64,000 nucleotides of DNA from Octopus sinensis (GCF_006345805.1 NC_042998.1:122512001-122576000); one strand, 5' to 3'; numbered from the stretch's first letter, positions 1 to 14,931 are shown. Notes: generated by a model from the letters alone, not told the origin. Translations and numbers: made by a program.

Positions 1-2855
1 TATGATTGTTTGCGAAAATTCTTTGTCTCTGATCATTCCTTTCCCTTCGGCTTCAAGAACATCTCCGCTTTTTAGACTCATTAGTTTTCTCGGCATTATA
101 ACAATGAATCTATGGTATATGTAAAGATTCTTTTCTATATTAACAAGTCCCAAAACTTATTGGACAGAAGCTATTCGAACATTCGTATGTTTTCAGGTTA
201 AACTTTCCGCCATCCAACTGCTATTAATGTTTTGCATACCAGGTGACAATGAAAGTTGCTCTATACAGATTATAACGTAGAAAAAAAAAATAATCCAACC
301 GTGCGTTTATTAAACATTCTTTCATATTCGAGCACGAGATTTTTTTTTAGAATTTTAATTCCACCATTGATAGTTGTTAAAAGACATTCAATACTACGTT
401 CATCTTCCAAAAATTATGTACTTCATTTCTCGTCAGATTTACAATTTTTAACTGTGGCTGCTGATAATTTAATGTCTCACTAAAATGCACGCAGCCACTG
501 GTGAATATAAATAACATTAGTTTGTTTTGTAGTCAAACGTTCCATAATTACTAGATAGTTTAATTTATCAATTTTAAAGCAGCTGCAATTTATTTTAAAA
601 AAGTTAATTAATTTAAACAAAACATTTATATTCATAGCAAGTTTCGTAAATATACAAGGGAATTGTATTTTGTACAATATATAAACAAAAATGAAAGACT
701 GAAATATTTTAAAACACAGATGGCTTACAATTTTTGTACATCTAAGGATTTGAACAACGAAACAGTACATGAAATTAGCGTAAAAGTATTTAGTATGTTG
801 TTCAGATATATGTGACATACCCCTTCCCCACTGCAAAACTGAAATATGTACACACGTGTACATAAATATTTATACATATAGATACTTATATCTATACCTA
901 TGCACATATATACTGGACTAACGCGCGCACATGTGCACACATCACTTCCATATTCAGATAGCACACACACACATACACATCACACATAATTGTAATGATA
1001 AAAGCATAACAAATGTGGGATGTTCAAAATTGTAAGATACTAGATGATGTGCTTGTAGATCATTAGTTCAAATCTGCTGTAGTTAATCCTATGTGCTTTA
1101 GAGAAGAACACTTCATTTTATATTACCTTACCAAAAATTACTATCGGTTTCGGGAATAGAAATTGGATTTATTGGAGTTTATTACCCAGTAGATTGCATT
1201 TATTGCTCAAATGACTGAATAACTAGTATGGGACTTGTATTTACAACTGTTTCAGTTAGTTTGATGTATAGACATGCTTCGTGGTTGCTTGAATATGATA
1301 TGATGGGAAAACGTTTTGTAATTCGTACGATAGCATTGTAGCCTTCACATTCAATGTTACTACTACTTCTACATGTAATTTCAGGTATTAGTTGTAATTT
1401 ACATTGAATAAACGTTCATGTCTCTCGAACGGCTCAAAGATATAACCTAGTTTCGCTTATAAAACACGCTTTTCTTAAATACTATTTGTTTAAGTCTCGA
1501 ATCTTATGTCAACATACACAATGACTTCTTACACAAAATGTATGATTTATAAGAGTGACTATGTTATTCTCATAGATCGTCGCTGAATAACAGAAGTTAT
1601 TTGGCTTCATGGAATAATTAGGATTCCATAACAAACTCTGGAATCTTATGCTGAGAGCTAACCTCATTTTTCATACGTTCGTCAGGAAAACATATGCTCA
1701 TATACACTCGCATACGCAAAAAAACTATTACTGTAATGCTAATCAGACGATGAGAAGAAATAGTATCGAAGTGAAGTCATTCCATAATATAAGATATATC
1801 ACAGGCATATATCTTAAGGCAGTCAATAAAAACATACTATACTGTCTTTCTGTGAGTGTTAAAACTTTAACCATTAAGTTTCGGCGAAAATTTACAAGAT
1901 GTAAAAGTTCATTTGATTTAATCGGTTTATTTATGTATGGATTTTACCACAGACATCATGTCATTTACATATTGAAGGCTCCTTATCTTGTTGAAAAATA
2001 TTGAAATAAATATTGAGGATGACATAATCAGACCAATTCCTCGTTTGACAATAATCGAATTGCCAAAGTTTCTATTGATTTTCTTTTAAATAATATTGTT
2101 ATATCTATGTCTATTTTTCCATGCCCATAGTTGAATACAATTGTATAGTTTTATGGTATTGTTTCTGAGTGCAGTCTCAGAGTATAATGTCATGGAACGG
2201 TATTACTTTCAAAATTATAGTAGAATGGTGATAATAGAATTGAAAGCAGAGTTTGAACGTTAGCTTTTCTTTATTACTATGAGCTAAGAAGGAATTTCTT
2301 CGTTTTACATTAAAGCCACTTCTTGTAGTAGTGAGCCATCAGACCCTGTGAAACAAAAACATCTCTGTCCCTGGAAGTACGTACCGACGGACGTACTTTC
2401 TCCAATCTGCTTATTCTGTTGGTATTATAGGGATCTCTATTTCCTGGAGCTGACTAGTCGTGTGTCACCTCTCACCACTTAGGTACTCGTGACTCACTGG
2501 TTTCTAGACTCCATACAAACCAGTTTTCTTTCTTCCAGAGCGTCATCCCTTTGAAATTCTCATTCTATCCTTATCTTTCTTGCAAACATCGATTTGTAAC
2601 TGTTCTGGAATAATGTTAACTGCATCGATCTCACCGGTTTTGAAGACTACTACCCTTTCTTTCAGAATTAACCAACAAGAAAATGTCTTGGACACGGTGT
2701 TGTGCTGGAGTCAGGATACAAATGCTCAAAACCCTACTAACTACTCAGTACCCGATTGATTGAAGCCAATACAGCCGGTATAAAGTTACAATAATACAAG
2801 ACCTATAGAAATGCGAACTGTGTATACAACACTGGTTTGTTTCCTTCTTGACTGT

Positions 2856-2888
<33 letters not shown>

Positions 2889-3793
2889 AAGACTGAACCA
2901 GAGACAGAATAAATGCTGAAAAAACTTTAATTTGTTCTCCAATCTCTCGACTTTGCCAGCTGCAGGCCATACACAATTTTACGAGCGTCTAATTTATGAA
3001 ATAATCTATTTAATAAGATTTATGATTACCAAGAAACTGTTTGACAGTTGAATTTTACTTTCTAATTCCTACATTCTCATAATCACATCAATTAAAATTT
3101 TGCATTAGACAGTTAAGCTTGTTTTGACTAGTAAATAACCAACATCTCTGTGACTATTTCCTCCATTTCTCACTTCTTTTCTCAAACTTTTCATCTCTTC
3201 CTCCCACTCACCTTTTAAAATACGCCCCTCTCTCTCCCTCCCTCTCTTACTCTTTCCTTCTCTCCAACTTTCAATTTTTTGCTTTTCTTTCTTTTTCTTT
3301 CTCTTTATATTTCTATATTTTCTGCTCTTTTTCATCTCTATTTACCTAGTTTCTGTTCTTTTTCCTCATTATCTTACAGCTCCATCAATATTGCAAAAAC
3401 TACACTAACAAACTTATGAATAACTAGTCGTCTTATAAACAGACAATGTATGTGTGTATCAGCCCCATCTATCTATGTATATATATCAATCTATCATATA
3501 GTTATTCACATGTCTGTTTCTATCATACTTCCTTTCTAGCTTTGTCCATTCTATATATCTACCACTCTAAAAGTTTTTTATCCCTAAATTAGCTTTCAAT
3601 TTAAAAAAAAAATTCCCATCTCTCTATCTTCATTTCTTTCTATATGTTTGTCTTTTCTGCCCTTTCCTTCTCATTCTATATCTTTCGCTACACTGAAAAA
3701 ATATATGCTAAAAACAACAGTACATCTACATAGACAACTAGATCTCTTCTAAACAGACAGTATATGTGTGTACTTCTCTTTCCTTTTCTCTTT

Positions 3794-4015
<222 letters not shown>

Positions 4016-6652
4016 AGTCAGAGTTAGACGAACATACTTTCTCCACTCTGGTTTTTCTGTTGCTATTATAGGTATTTCTATCCCTATAATTGGTTGTGTG
4101 CCATCTCTCTCCCCTCAGGTATTCCCGATTACTGTATCGACAGTCCAGGCACCACACAAAGCAGTTCTTTTTCTAGAGCGTCAGTCCTCTGAAATTCTTA
4201 GCCTATGATGGAAGGCGTTCGAACAATGATCATCTCGTTTTGTTTTTATTCAAACACAGTGCATTTTGGACTACACTATCATACGTGTCCCTCGGTGTTT
4301 AAGAACGCAGTGTCTGAGATGAGGTTGCTGCCAATTCTAGTGGACTGTCATTTACTCACCCTCATTGGTTTTCCTAGAAGTTACAGAAATTAAAATGAAA
4401 ACCATATAAATATAAATGTATCTTAAAAACAAAATGGATATAATTCTTGCTTTGGAAAAAAACTTTTTATGGTAACGGAATTTCATGTTCATTGAATCTT
4501 CTCACTCATCCAAACTTATATTCCTCATTGGTGTTTTTTATTATCCCGTTCATAGGTGTTAGATAAAAGAAAAAAAAGGTCACATCATTAGTAACATTTG
4601 TTCTCAAAGAGTCAGATATCAAATTATATGCCGAATAGTATATAGTGCAGATATTTACTATTTGGCACAATCATCATTCTCTTCAAATAAATACTGATTA
4701 ATTATTTAGGATGCAAGATTTATAGGAGAGAGGAATAAGACTGTATGATGTTTATACCTTCGTCAAAGGTATTAACATCGATAAGTGAAGTGAATCAACT
4801 TCAATCAGAACTTATCTTCTTTCAATTAAATATTCAAATTCTGTTTAGATATATAATGCTTCATCCAAGTGCTATAAGACAGCAATTCGTTGTAGAAAAT
4901 GTATAGTCGATTGTTTTTATCCCTGTGAACAAATGGTTTGTATTTGAATCGTGTACAAAGGAATAGCAAACTTAGTCATCTCAAGTGTAAGTTGAACTTA
5001 ACTTGCAGACAGACAATAATTATTATGTAGCCTTAAGCAAAAGCTGTATGTTTTAAATATATTATAATTTGTCCGCTTTGTATATTACCTACAACTTGCA
5101 GTTATTGTAAATTAGCACTATGTTTATTTGTTGATATAATGCCGACGCTACAATTTGCAGGAAAAATATTTAGTATATTTAATCCGGTCAATACATCATT
5201 GGTGCTTATTTTATTAAAATAAAATAGAATGTAGGTTCCTTCTATTTCCCCACTGTATTGTTTATGTTTAAATATTCAAATACATACAGGTTTCTTATAT
5301 AGACATATGTTAACCCTAGTTTTGAAGGGCGGCTTTGGATTGTATCATGTGAAAGCCACTTACATACCCATTACTAGAAAAGGGGTGCTTTTTGCCTTTA
5401 TTGATCATTGAAATAGATATAAGATGTTTGCCTCTGTTATATTACAGATCAGTTATAAGTAAAAAAATAATCATTTAAGTAAATGATCTTCATCTTTATG
5501 TAGATAGAAGGGATAATTACCCCGGAATGGTTTCTCATTGATTCCACTAAGTTCAAAGGAAGAGCTGAATTTAGCAGTGTCCCAATGAAACTCGCTTTTG
5601 TTTGCTACTTACATTCAGGAATTATACCATCATGTCGAACCCAGAAAGTATCAGAGACACCCACATTAGGCGGCCTGTTGTTTGATACCATCCTAATAAC
5701 TTGTTTCCGCTATAACAAATAGAGAAAAGAAAGATAAAGTTAATATTAGCGAGGTCTGAACTAAAACATTAAGGTACAACGTTAAATGCTGTAAAGCAAT
5801 TACGTTCGTAGTGTCATCGCGTTTTGCCACTGCAATTTCCTCCAATTTAATAACGAATTTTAATATTAACACAGCTACAAATGCGTTGAGTGAATTGGAA
5901 TTTATGCACTAATAGTAATTACTTTATCATTCTAACAGAAACGAAAACAAATTCAAAGTCAATATAGTCGGGATTTGAACTCAGATTTGAAGTGCTGCAC
6001 TAAATACCACGAAGTAATAAATTCGGCACTTAATTCGTTTATCCACTCGCACACGCGATGATAATTTATTTAGACATAAAAGTACGACTGTAATTGCAAA
6101 GACGAGATTGTATGATATTCATGCCTCTCTTAAGGAGATTAGCGATATACGTTGAAGGTTATAAATCAAATTTGGATTATATATGTTATTATCTTTGAAA
6201 TTACTTCTTTGTCTGAAGTGCTCTTCTTCTCAACTGTTTTCTTAAACGAATAATGGAAAGTTATTTAGAGCAAATATTTTATATAAGGTGTAAGATTGGT
6301 GATATTCTGCAAGGGTCATTCTACTTTGAAGTTCAGTGGGTACATGCAATCAGAATAAATATAAAACTGCTCGTGAAAACTATTAACCAACTATTAACCA
6401 AGTTAAAAAGATAGTTTAATTCATAGTCAGCAATGAATACTAATCTACTAACAGATACATGTGTGAATCATTAACACAAAGTCACATACTGTACAGTGCA
6501 CCCAACCCTCCCATCAAATGACAATTGCTTACACTGGCTCACGATGCAAATTTATACTGGAAGGATATAGATCAGCTATACTATGGTTCACTTTGTTTCT
6601 GACGATGCAATTGTATAAAGGTGATATAATGAACTAAATATAAGTTGTACAT

Positions 6653-6865
6653 AAGGCGGTGAGCTAGCAGAACCGTTAGGACGCCAGGCAAAATGCTTAT
6701 CAGCATTTCGTGGTCTTTATGTTCTGAGCTCAAATTCCACCGAGGCCAGCTTCATGTGTCATCCTTTCGGGGTCGATGAAATAATTACCAGTTAAGCACC
6801 GGGGTCGATATAATCAACTTAAACCCGCCACTAAAATTGCTGGCCTTGTGTCAAAATTTGAAACC
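6653..6865 (+). mobile_element. tRNA-derived SINE, older subfamily (tail ..ggccttgtgtcaaaatttgaaacc)
   Basis: Pol III A-box-like (gctagcagaaccg) and B-box-like (gagctcaaattcc) motifs; central catcctttcggggtcgat..taccag body shared with other copies. Confidence 0.8.
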
Positions 6866-7449
6866 ATTATAAGGTGTACATAATTGACAAAATCGACCCT
6901 ACTAGTCTTTCAACTAAGAATATTGAAGGATAAAATTTATCATTGGAAAGTATTTAGTCTAGTACTTTATTGCGTATCACTACACTTTCATTTATTAAGT
7001 TAATATTTTAAATATAAAAGTGACACATATATCCACGAGTATATTTGGGTTTAACATAGAATCGAAAGTGATTTTCAAATATTGAAGATCGTTCAGTTCC
7101 TAGTCGGCAATAAATACTACGCTTCTAACGAATACGTATTTGAAATATTAGCATAAGGTCATACGTTTATAGGAAGTATGTAGCCTGTTGATTCGAGCGT
7201 AGTATTTAACTGGAACTTACTTTACCAATCTCTGGAGGTATTAAATGATAACTCAACCACTGCAGAACTTAACCTCAGGTAGCACGGAGACGTAACTAAA
7301 TAGTACAAGGCATTTTGTCTGGCGCTCTACTCATTCTTCCCTCATAGCACTTTCCATGAAATGAAAAACGATTTCAAAAATTGGTTGAAAGACTATTGTT
7401 TATGGGAAATAGGTGTAATGGATTTAATATACTCTTCCTGTTTATTATT

Positions 7450-8079
7450 ATTTCTTTACTGCCCACAAGGGGCTACACACAGAGGGGGAAAACAGGACAG
7501 ACAAACGAATTAAATCGAATATATCGACCCCAGTGCGTAACTGGTACTTATTTAATCGACCCCGAAAGGATGAAAGGCAAAGTCAACCTCGGCGGGTTTT
7601 GAACTCAGAACGTAGCGGCAGACGAAATACCTATTTCTTTACTACCCACAATGGGCTAAAGACAGAGGAGACAAACAAGGACAGACACGGATTAAGTCGA
7701 TTATATCGACCCCAGTGCGTAACTGGTACTTAATTTATCGACCCCGAAAGGATCGGCAGACGAAATACCTATTTCTTTACTACCCACAAGGAGCTAAACA
7801 CAGGAGGGACAAACAAGGATAGACAAACCGATTAAGTCGATTACATCGATCCTAGTGCGTAACTGGTACTTAATTTATCGACCCCGAAAGGATGAAAGGC
7901 AAAGTCGACCTCGGCGGAATTTGAACTCAGAATGTAACGGCAGACGAAATACCTATTTCTTTACTACCCACAAGGGGCTAAACAACCTCGGTGGAATTTG
8001 AACTCAGAACGTAACGGCAGACGAAATACGGCTACGTATTTCGCCCGGCGTGCCAACGTTTCTGCCAGCTCGCCGCCTT
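7450..8079 (-). mobile_element. tRNA-derived SINE, 4-unit head-to-tail array
   Basis: One head (A/B boxes) at 7990-8079; three junctions aaagaaatag|gtatttcgtctgcc near 7630, 7768 and 7951. Confidence 0.9.
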
Positions 8080-8475
8080 GTTTAATATTAATACTATTTA
8101 GATATATGAAACTTGAAGTAGACCATAGCGTAGTTTGAAACCTGAGTGCAAAAGGACCCATTTAAATACTGTAAAATTTTAGTCCAGCGCTTTACTGCTT
8201 TTGCCACTCAGTGACCTCATCAAATAAATAATGAGAATATAAACGATTGTTATCGATTCTTCGGTGCCAATACAGACATTTTGCAATAAATTTCTGAACT
8301 CAGAAAATTTATTTTTCTTAACTTTATAAGGTAAAAAATAAAATAAAATAATGAAATAATGATTTAACTATGGATAACTCGACTTCTGTATCTGTTTGAT
8401 TTGTTTTTTTTAACACACAGATGCATATATATGTGTGTATGTATTCAAGAATATACATGTGTACACACATACATA

Positions 8476-8478
<3 letters not shown>

Positions 8479-8574
<96 letters not shown>

Positions 8575-8710
8575 ATATATACACACACATTCATGTACAC
8601 ATATATGTTACGTAAATTACTGATCTGTTTCTGTTTCTCTCTTTCTCTATTTTCTTTCTGTATACACACACACATATATATATGCATCTATGTATAAATA
8701 TATGTATGTG

Positions 8711-8742
<32 letters not shown>

Positions 8743-8792
8743 TGTATGTATGTATGTATGTATATGTGTGTATGTATGTATGTATGTATGTA

Positions 8793-8849
<57 letters not shown>

Positions 8850-8860
8850 ACATACATACA

Positions 8861-8893
<33 letters not shown>

Positions 8894-8940
8894 GTATATG
8901 TAAGCACATATGTGTGTGTGTATGTGTGTGCATGAAATAG
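8479..8940. repeat. Compound microsatellite (TA)n(TG)n..(TATG)n(TATC)n(TACA)n
   Basis: Direct inspection. Confidence 0.95.
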
Positions 8941-10220
8941 CTTAAACTTTTTTACCTTTAACGATTTTTCTTTCTTTCACTGTTATTGACCCTTGCACTT
9001 CGCACCGAGAAAGCTAAACAAAAATAAGACGTAAAAATAAAGTGCTTAAAAGAAAGAATCAAACAATTACCAGAATTATTATCTTTTCTTTTCTTTCGTT
9101 GAAATTCTACATAGAAAATGTATGACAAAATAAAAGAAAAGCATAACGTCAACTCCAGCATGAAAAACTAAATAAAAATCATACCCCACCACACCACTAA
9201 AATGCTAACGAAACGAAAAATACTGATGATACGGAACAAAAGACATATTTCAATACAGGGAAAAAATGGCGGAACTATAGAAAAATGGGAAGATTGATTT
9301 CACGTCAAAAGAAGATGTTGGAAATAAGTGATGATCAGGCAACAAGCGGAGGGTTGACAGAGAAATGTCAGATTTGAAGTAATTGTTTTATGTGTGTGTA
9401 TATATGTGTGTATGTGTGCGTGCGTGTGTGTGTGAGCGCGTGTGTACATGTGTGTGTTTGTGCATGTGTGCGTATGAGTGTGTGTGTTTGTGTTTGTGTG
9501 TTTGTGAGTAGGGGGCGTTGAAGTTATGTTTAAAAAAGAAAATTATTATTCACAGTCATAAGGTTAAGAACAAGCTCCTTGGGATGAAAATAATTTGTTG
9601 TAAAGAGCTATATGTATCAATGGGTAGAATGTATGTGTTAGTGTGTTTTGTGTTTTGTGTGTGTGTGTATATATACATATGTGTGTGTGTAATATTCAAT
9701 GAACAGTGTGTTCCACCAAACCTGGATACACGCACACATATACGCATACACACTCGCCAATACACGTACACACGCGCTTTCATATAAGAAAGAAAAACTT
9801 AGTGCATGATGTAGAGATAATGTTCATTAGACATCATTTGTTGATTCTTTCCATTGCTACTCCGAGTTTCTCGCACGTATGCTTTGTCAGACAATTCCGA
9901 GCAAACTTCATTCTATGAAGATGTATCAAGTTCATCAGTTTCCAGACGTATGCATAAGAGAGGGCTGTCTGTCTGCAGGTATATGAAGGGATCTCTCTCT
10001 CTCACCCTTTGTCTCTGTCTGTCTGTCTGTCTCTCTCTCTCTATATATATTCATCTATACATTTACTGTATATAAATGTATATATGTATATGTATATGTG
10101 CGTATATGTATACACACTTGTATATATATATTTATATATGTGTGTATCATGCATATTCATGCTAACAGTAATACGTAGCATACATGCATATATACAAGCA
10201 CACACACATATGTGTGTATG

Positions 10221-10260
<40 letters not shown>

Positions 10261-10531
10261 AAAAAGCAATAAAGATTCAAGTTAATTTAAATGAATTTAC
10301 TTGAATATGGTACCTAACTTAGATGCACCAAAAAAAACTATACTGTTTTAACAATACAGTAATGTGGGGTGATTATAAGCGAGAAAGAAGCAACAAGAAT
10401 GGATAGGTTTTTAGTACAATCGTTTCATACAAGGACAGGCTTTATTAAAAGTTGCAAAAATTACAGCATATAAACGTGTCCCGTACTCATCCCGTACTGT
10501 ATATAAACATATATATATATATATGTTTATA

Positions 10532-10885
10532 TACAGGGTTATTCAAGAAGAATGAACCGATTTCATTACGCAATATTTTAATAAGGAAAAACAATAGAAA
10601 ACTCCAGTTAAGTCACAAATATTTACTCACAATTAACTTTTATTACCTAGCTTACAAGTGCTCAATGTGGCCACCACCTGCAGCACGGGCGACATCAATG
10701 CGATAAGAGAATTACTCCCAGACGTGTGTCAGCATATCACGATCCACCGAGTTGATCGCTGTTGTTATTCGATGTTAGTGGGTAGAGGTAGAACGTAAAC
10801 GCGCTCTTTTACATATCCGTACAAGAAAAGATCACATATGGTGAGGTCTGTGGATCTAGCAGGCCAAGCACAAAGAGCGTCTGAG
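10532..10885 (-). mobile_element. Tc1/mariner remnant: transposase C-terminus + one terminal repeat
   Basis: AWPARSTDLTICDLFLYGYVKERVY (WPPRSPDL motif) ... HIEHL*. End reads TA|CAGGGT at 10532-10539. Confidence 0.85.
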
Positions 10886-10889
10886 AGGA

Positions 10890-11250
10890 ATTTTCTTATC
10901 GCATTGATGTATATTGGAGCAATATTTCATCAAAGGAAGAGTCCAGTGAAATCCGGAAGTATATCCAGTGGTAATGCTGGTGGAATGCTGGTATATAGAT
11001 GAGGGTTGGTGCAGAAAGTTCAGGCAATAGTTGGGATGTGTAAGTCCAAGGAGAAGGAGGTTAAAGCAGGATAAAACTGGGGTGATCACGTGAGAGTATA
11101 ATATATAGTTGAAATTTACAGAAAAACAAGACGAAGACAGGTGTATGAACAACAAGCAGGTGTATATTTGTTTGACGCTCGGAAAATTAAGAAGTCTTTT
11201 ACGTTTCGATCCTACGCTCTTCAACAGATAGGAATAAGGAAAAATAAACA
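10890..11250 (-). mobile_element. Possible Penelope-like pLTR/5' remnant carrying a degenerate hammerhead-like motif
   Basis: Minus strand reads TTGAAGAGCGTAGGATCGAAACGTA at about 11200-11225. The assignment is inference. Confidence 0.35.
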
Positions 11251-12895
11251 GAGAGAGAATAAGAAACTTGTGGATTTAGCGCAATTTTCTCTCTTTCACA
11301 CACACACACACACACGCACGCACACACACACACACACACACACACAATATTAATGATTTCAGATCCCACTTGTTACGGTTAGTTTTTTTATTTTATGCAT
11401 TGCATTTTTCATTCCTTATATATATATATAATTATATTAGGGGACCAAGGGCGAAAACGACCTATCTCGAGCATGCTTAATATTAATTTAACGTATAAAT
11501 TGCCTATAAATTTTTATAGCATGCTGGCTACCTGATAAAAATCATCAACGTGATTTCTATCCTTATATCCTATATATATATATAAATAAATTTTAGATAT
11601 CATTGCAATACAATGGTACCACTCTCCAGCCAAATAAAGCACCGTAAAGGTAGAATTATGAATTAGAAATAGTGGGACAAAAAGGCACCAATGTTTGCTG
11701 GAAATTACAGTTGATAATGATACGATGCTATGTAAAGCTTCACTGAAATGTATACTGGCAAAGATGTATGCGGGAAGTGAACTTAAAATAAATTTTCGTC
11801 TAACCTCTAGGAAGAACATCGGAAAAATGGACCACCTAGAATGGATAATCTAGGAACCGAGTTTCTGACTTTCCAAAATACGTTTATTATCGTAAGTTTG
11901 ATTAGTCCTCATCAGATAGACTCACATGAGACGAAATATTAAATGATTGCAACAGAGTGTGCATAGCAATAAATATCCAAGGTCCAGGTAGTATCGGTAA
12001 ATCTAGAGTGACTAAGTTTATCATTCAAGATCAGATTTATACAAGATACGGGCTCCTACAGAGTTTCCGTGAACAGAATATAACGTAAAAGGTTTGATAG
12101 AAGACTATTCCCTATGACTGTTAGGATATGGTGGTGGGCAATTACCCAAGGTTCTGTGTAGTGATAAAATATGGAATTAAGTAATGGAGAAAGAAGCTTT
12201 TTAACTATTGGAAATAGTTGTAAATGCCTGCTTCCAACCGTGTTTTTAAGCTTCCTCACTGGCTATTTAATAATAGCAGTGACTGTTGTTTTTCCCTGTT
12301 TAATACTGTGTTTGGATATCTTTTCTTGAGCAGATGTTATGATACAATGATAGATGAAAGAATTTTCTAGCAACTCGAAAATGTAGCTCGAAAATGCAAA
12401 TATAAAATATCAGCTAGCTATGCTGTTTATAAATATTTTTATCTCATTATATATTATTTTCTAAAACAATGAGACATGCAAATTTGTACTACTTCAACGT
12501 TTGATCTGTGTTTTACTTACATCTTTATTGTGGTTTAGCTGGTGTAACGTCAGATTTTAACATGTGATTTTGAAATTAAAATAAAAAGAGCGTTGTCAAG
12601 AATTCTTATTGTTGTTTGGAACAATCCCGAGGAGCTGAATTGTTATGAAAAGAATTCCAGCTGAGATCATCTCAGCTTTTCATATTAGCATAAAATTATA
12701 TTGTCTATTCTCTTCTTGTCTTTTGTTAGAGACGTTGGAGTGATACAAAAGATATTTGGATTATATTTCTCGCAGGTCGAACAACTATACAGAGGTACTT
12801 TTTATCGAATCTTTACAAGGAGTTTGTTGAGGGAGATATATAATTTTTTATAGAGTAGGTTGAAGAGTCTGTCTGTCTGTCTCCCATCTCTAAAT

Positions 12896-12967
<72 letters not shown>

Positions 12968-14169
12968 AAGTGATACCAGTTGAAGCCGAATCACTCAGTA
13001 TACTTTGCTTATACCTTGGAGAAAGGCATGAATATAACAGTAATTTCCTACTGATTCAATGAAAATAATATGTTTAAAATAAAGTATATTGATCAGTTCT
13101 GAACCTCGTTTCGAACTATTACTCTGACAAATTATATCTGCATATACGAGCTAAGCTCTTAAAGTGACAGCCGTCCCAACATTGAACAGAATGTCTCGTG
13201 GTATTTGTTACGAGTCTGCGTTCTGATTTCAAATTCTGCCGAGTTAAACTTTCTCTTCCAAAGATGAAAAAAAAAATACTAATCACCGTCTTAGACTGTA
13301 GCTGTTAGAGTCTTGGGTAAGCCTGTACTGGTTTTTCGCATTTTGAAGGAGACACTTGAGACGACACTGGTACCAAACTTTATTAGCCTTTAAGAAAAAC
13401 CATTTCTTCGGAATTGAAGCCGAGATCTGTTCTGAAAAAACAACTGAAATTGGTTCATTTTATGCTTGAAATATTTAATTCTTCTTTTCTTAATTGAAAC
13501 GCTGTGTACAACACCGCCGTAAATTTATAAAGATCGAGCATGATTTTTGTGCTGCTATGGTGTTCATTTTTCTTAAGAGTATTTGTTTGTGCTCTTAGTG
13601 TAAAACAAGTTTATTAACATACATTGGGAACTAAAACTCAACCATACAGATTACTAACCACGCATAACAGGCTTTAACAAAGATCACCACATTCTTTCTT
13701 ATTAATTAACGCTGATACTTAACGTGATATGTTTGTAACAACCTCAATTAATTTAAAATAAGCATATAAAGGAAATAAGGGTTTAACCGGTAAAATAGCC
13801 ATCTCTGATAAACAAGGGAAAAATGGCACAATCAATATTAGAATTTCAGCTAAAAGCAAATGATTTCCCAAGCAAATGCTTTGATCAAAAGAACCATATT
13901 CTTCGATATGACGTATCAATAACAAAAGTTATTTTTAACTGGAAATCTGGGGGAAAAACATCTATGAGATAAACAACTCTGCCAAATATAATAAACTGTT
14001 ACCAAAGTGATTCTGACATATATCATACTCAACAGAAAATATAAAAATTATTTCTGATTATCTTTTTTTATTATTAGCCTTTTTTTAATATATATTTTAG
14101 CTGTCAATTCCAGAGAATAAGATTCAAAATGAGTTGAGAAGAATAAGGAATTCTTTGAATGAGAAATCC

Positions 14170-14185
14170 AAATAACAACAATAAC

Positions 14186-14232
<47 letters not shown>

Positions 14233-14239
14233 CAACAAC

Positions 14240-14301
<62 letters not shown>

Positions 14302-14335
14302 AATAATAATAATAGTGATAATAATAATATAACAA
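14170..14335. repeat. (AAT)n(AAC)n microsatellite
   Basis: Direct inspection. Confidence 0.95.
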
Positions 14336-14776
14336 TAAGGAAATGATCTTGATGATGAAGAATGATAAAAAGAATATGTTACTAAGTATAATAATAAATA
14401 ACAATGATGCCGTGGCAAATAAGTGTAAGAATGGATTTACTTACGTAGGTTAAATTTAGGTTTTGTACTTCATTGGACAAGAGAATTCTTTTGATGTATT
14501 TATCGTCTAAGAATCTTGTAATGAAAAAACACGTGAATAATGTATGCTACTGAATTTAGAGGAAATATTTTTGACATTCACTCATAGAAGAGTCGTTCAT
14601 AGAGAATTAACCCTATGTCAACATACTGTGTGAACATCATTACAAAAAATTAGGTAACATTAATCTTTGTTTATTAACTTTCTACAATCACCGTCTAACA
14701 TGTAGCAATACTGCATAACAGCACCTATGCAATCCTTCTTGAGATTTCATGAAAACTTATTTAGAAGATAAGTGCT

Positions 14777-14856
14777 TGGATGATTCATAACGGAAGTGGA
14801 TGATTCATAACGGAAGTGGATGATTCATAACGGAAGTGGATGATTCATAACGGAAG
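14777..14856 (+). repeat. 20-bp minisatellite x4 (TGGATGATTCATAACGGAAG)
   Basis: Four exact copies. Confidence 0.95.
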
Positions 14857-14898
14857 GGGTAATCCCAACACAAATCGCATCAGTTTCTTAGGGTTAAT

Positions 14899-14931
<33 letters not shown>

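Noticed and set aside
7450-8079. Regularly spaced repeats resembling a CRISPR array (also 14777-14856)
   Set aside because: No unique spacers and no cas genes; eukaryotic SINE multimer and minisatellite.
8324-8940. Many 60-290 aa ORFs such as [20 protein letters not shown] and HTHTHT (also 20407-21299, 24007-25186, 34622-35340, 47717-48174, 55801-56406, 57562-57890)
   Set aside because: Translations of stop-free microsatellites; no coding signal.
11896-11915. Minus-strand CTGATGAGGACTAATCAAAC hammerhead-like string
   Set aside because: Lacks the G of GAAA and has no convincing stems I or III.
12730-12794. Possible exon (ttttgttag|AGACG...CAGAG|gtactt)
   Set aside because: Weak donor, 65 nt, no homology; expected by chance in AT-rich DNA.
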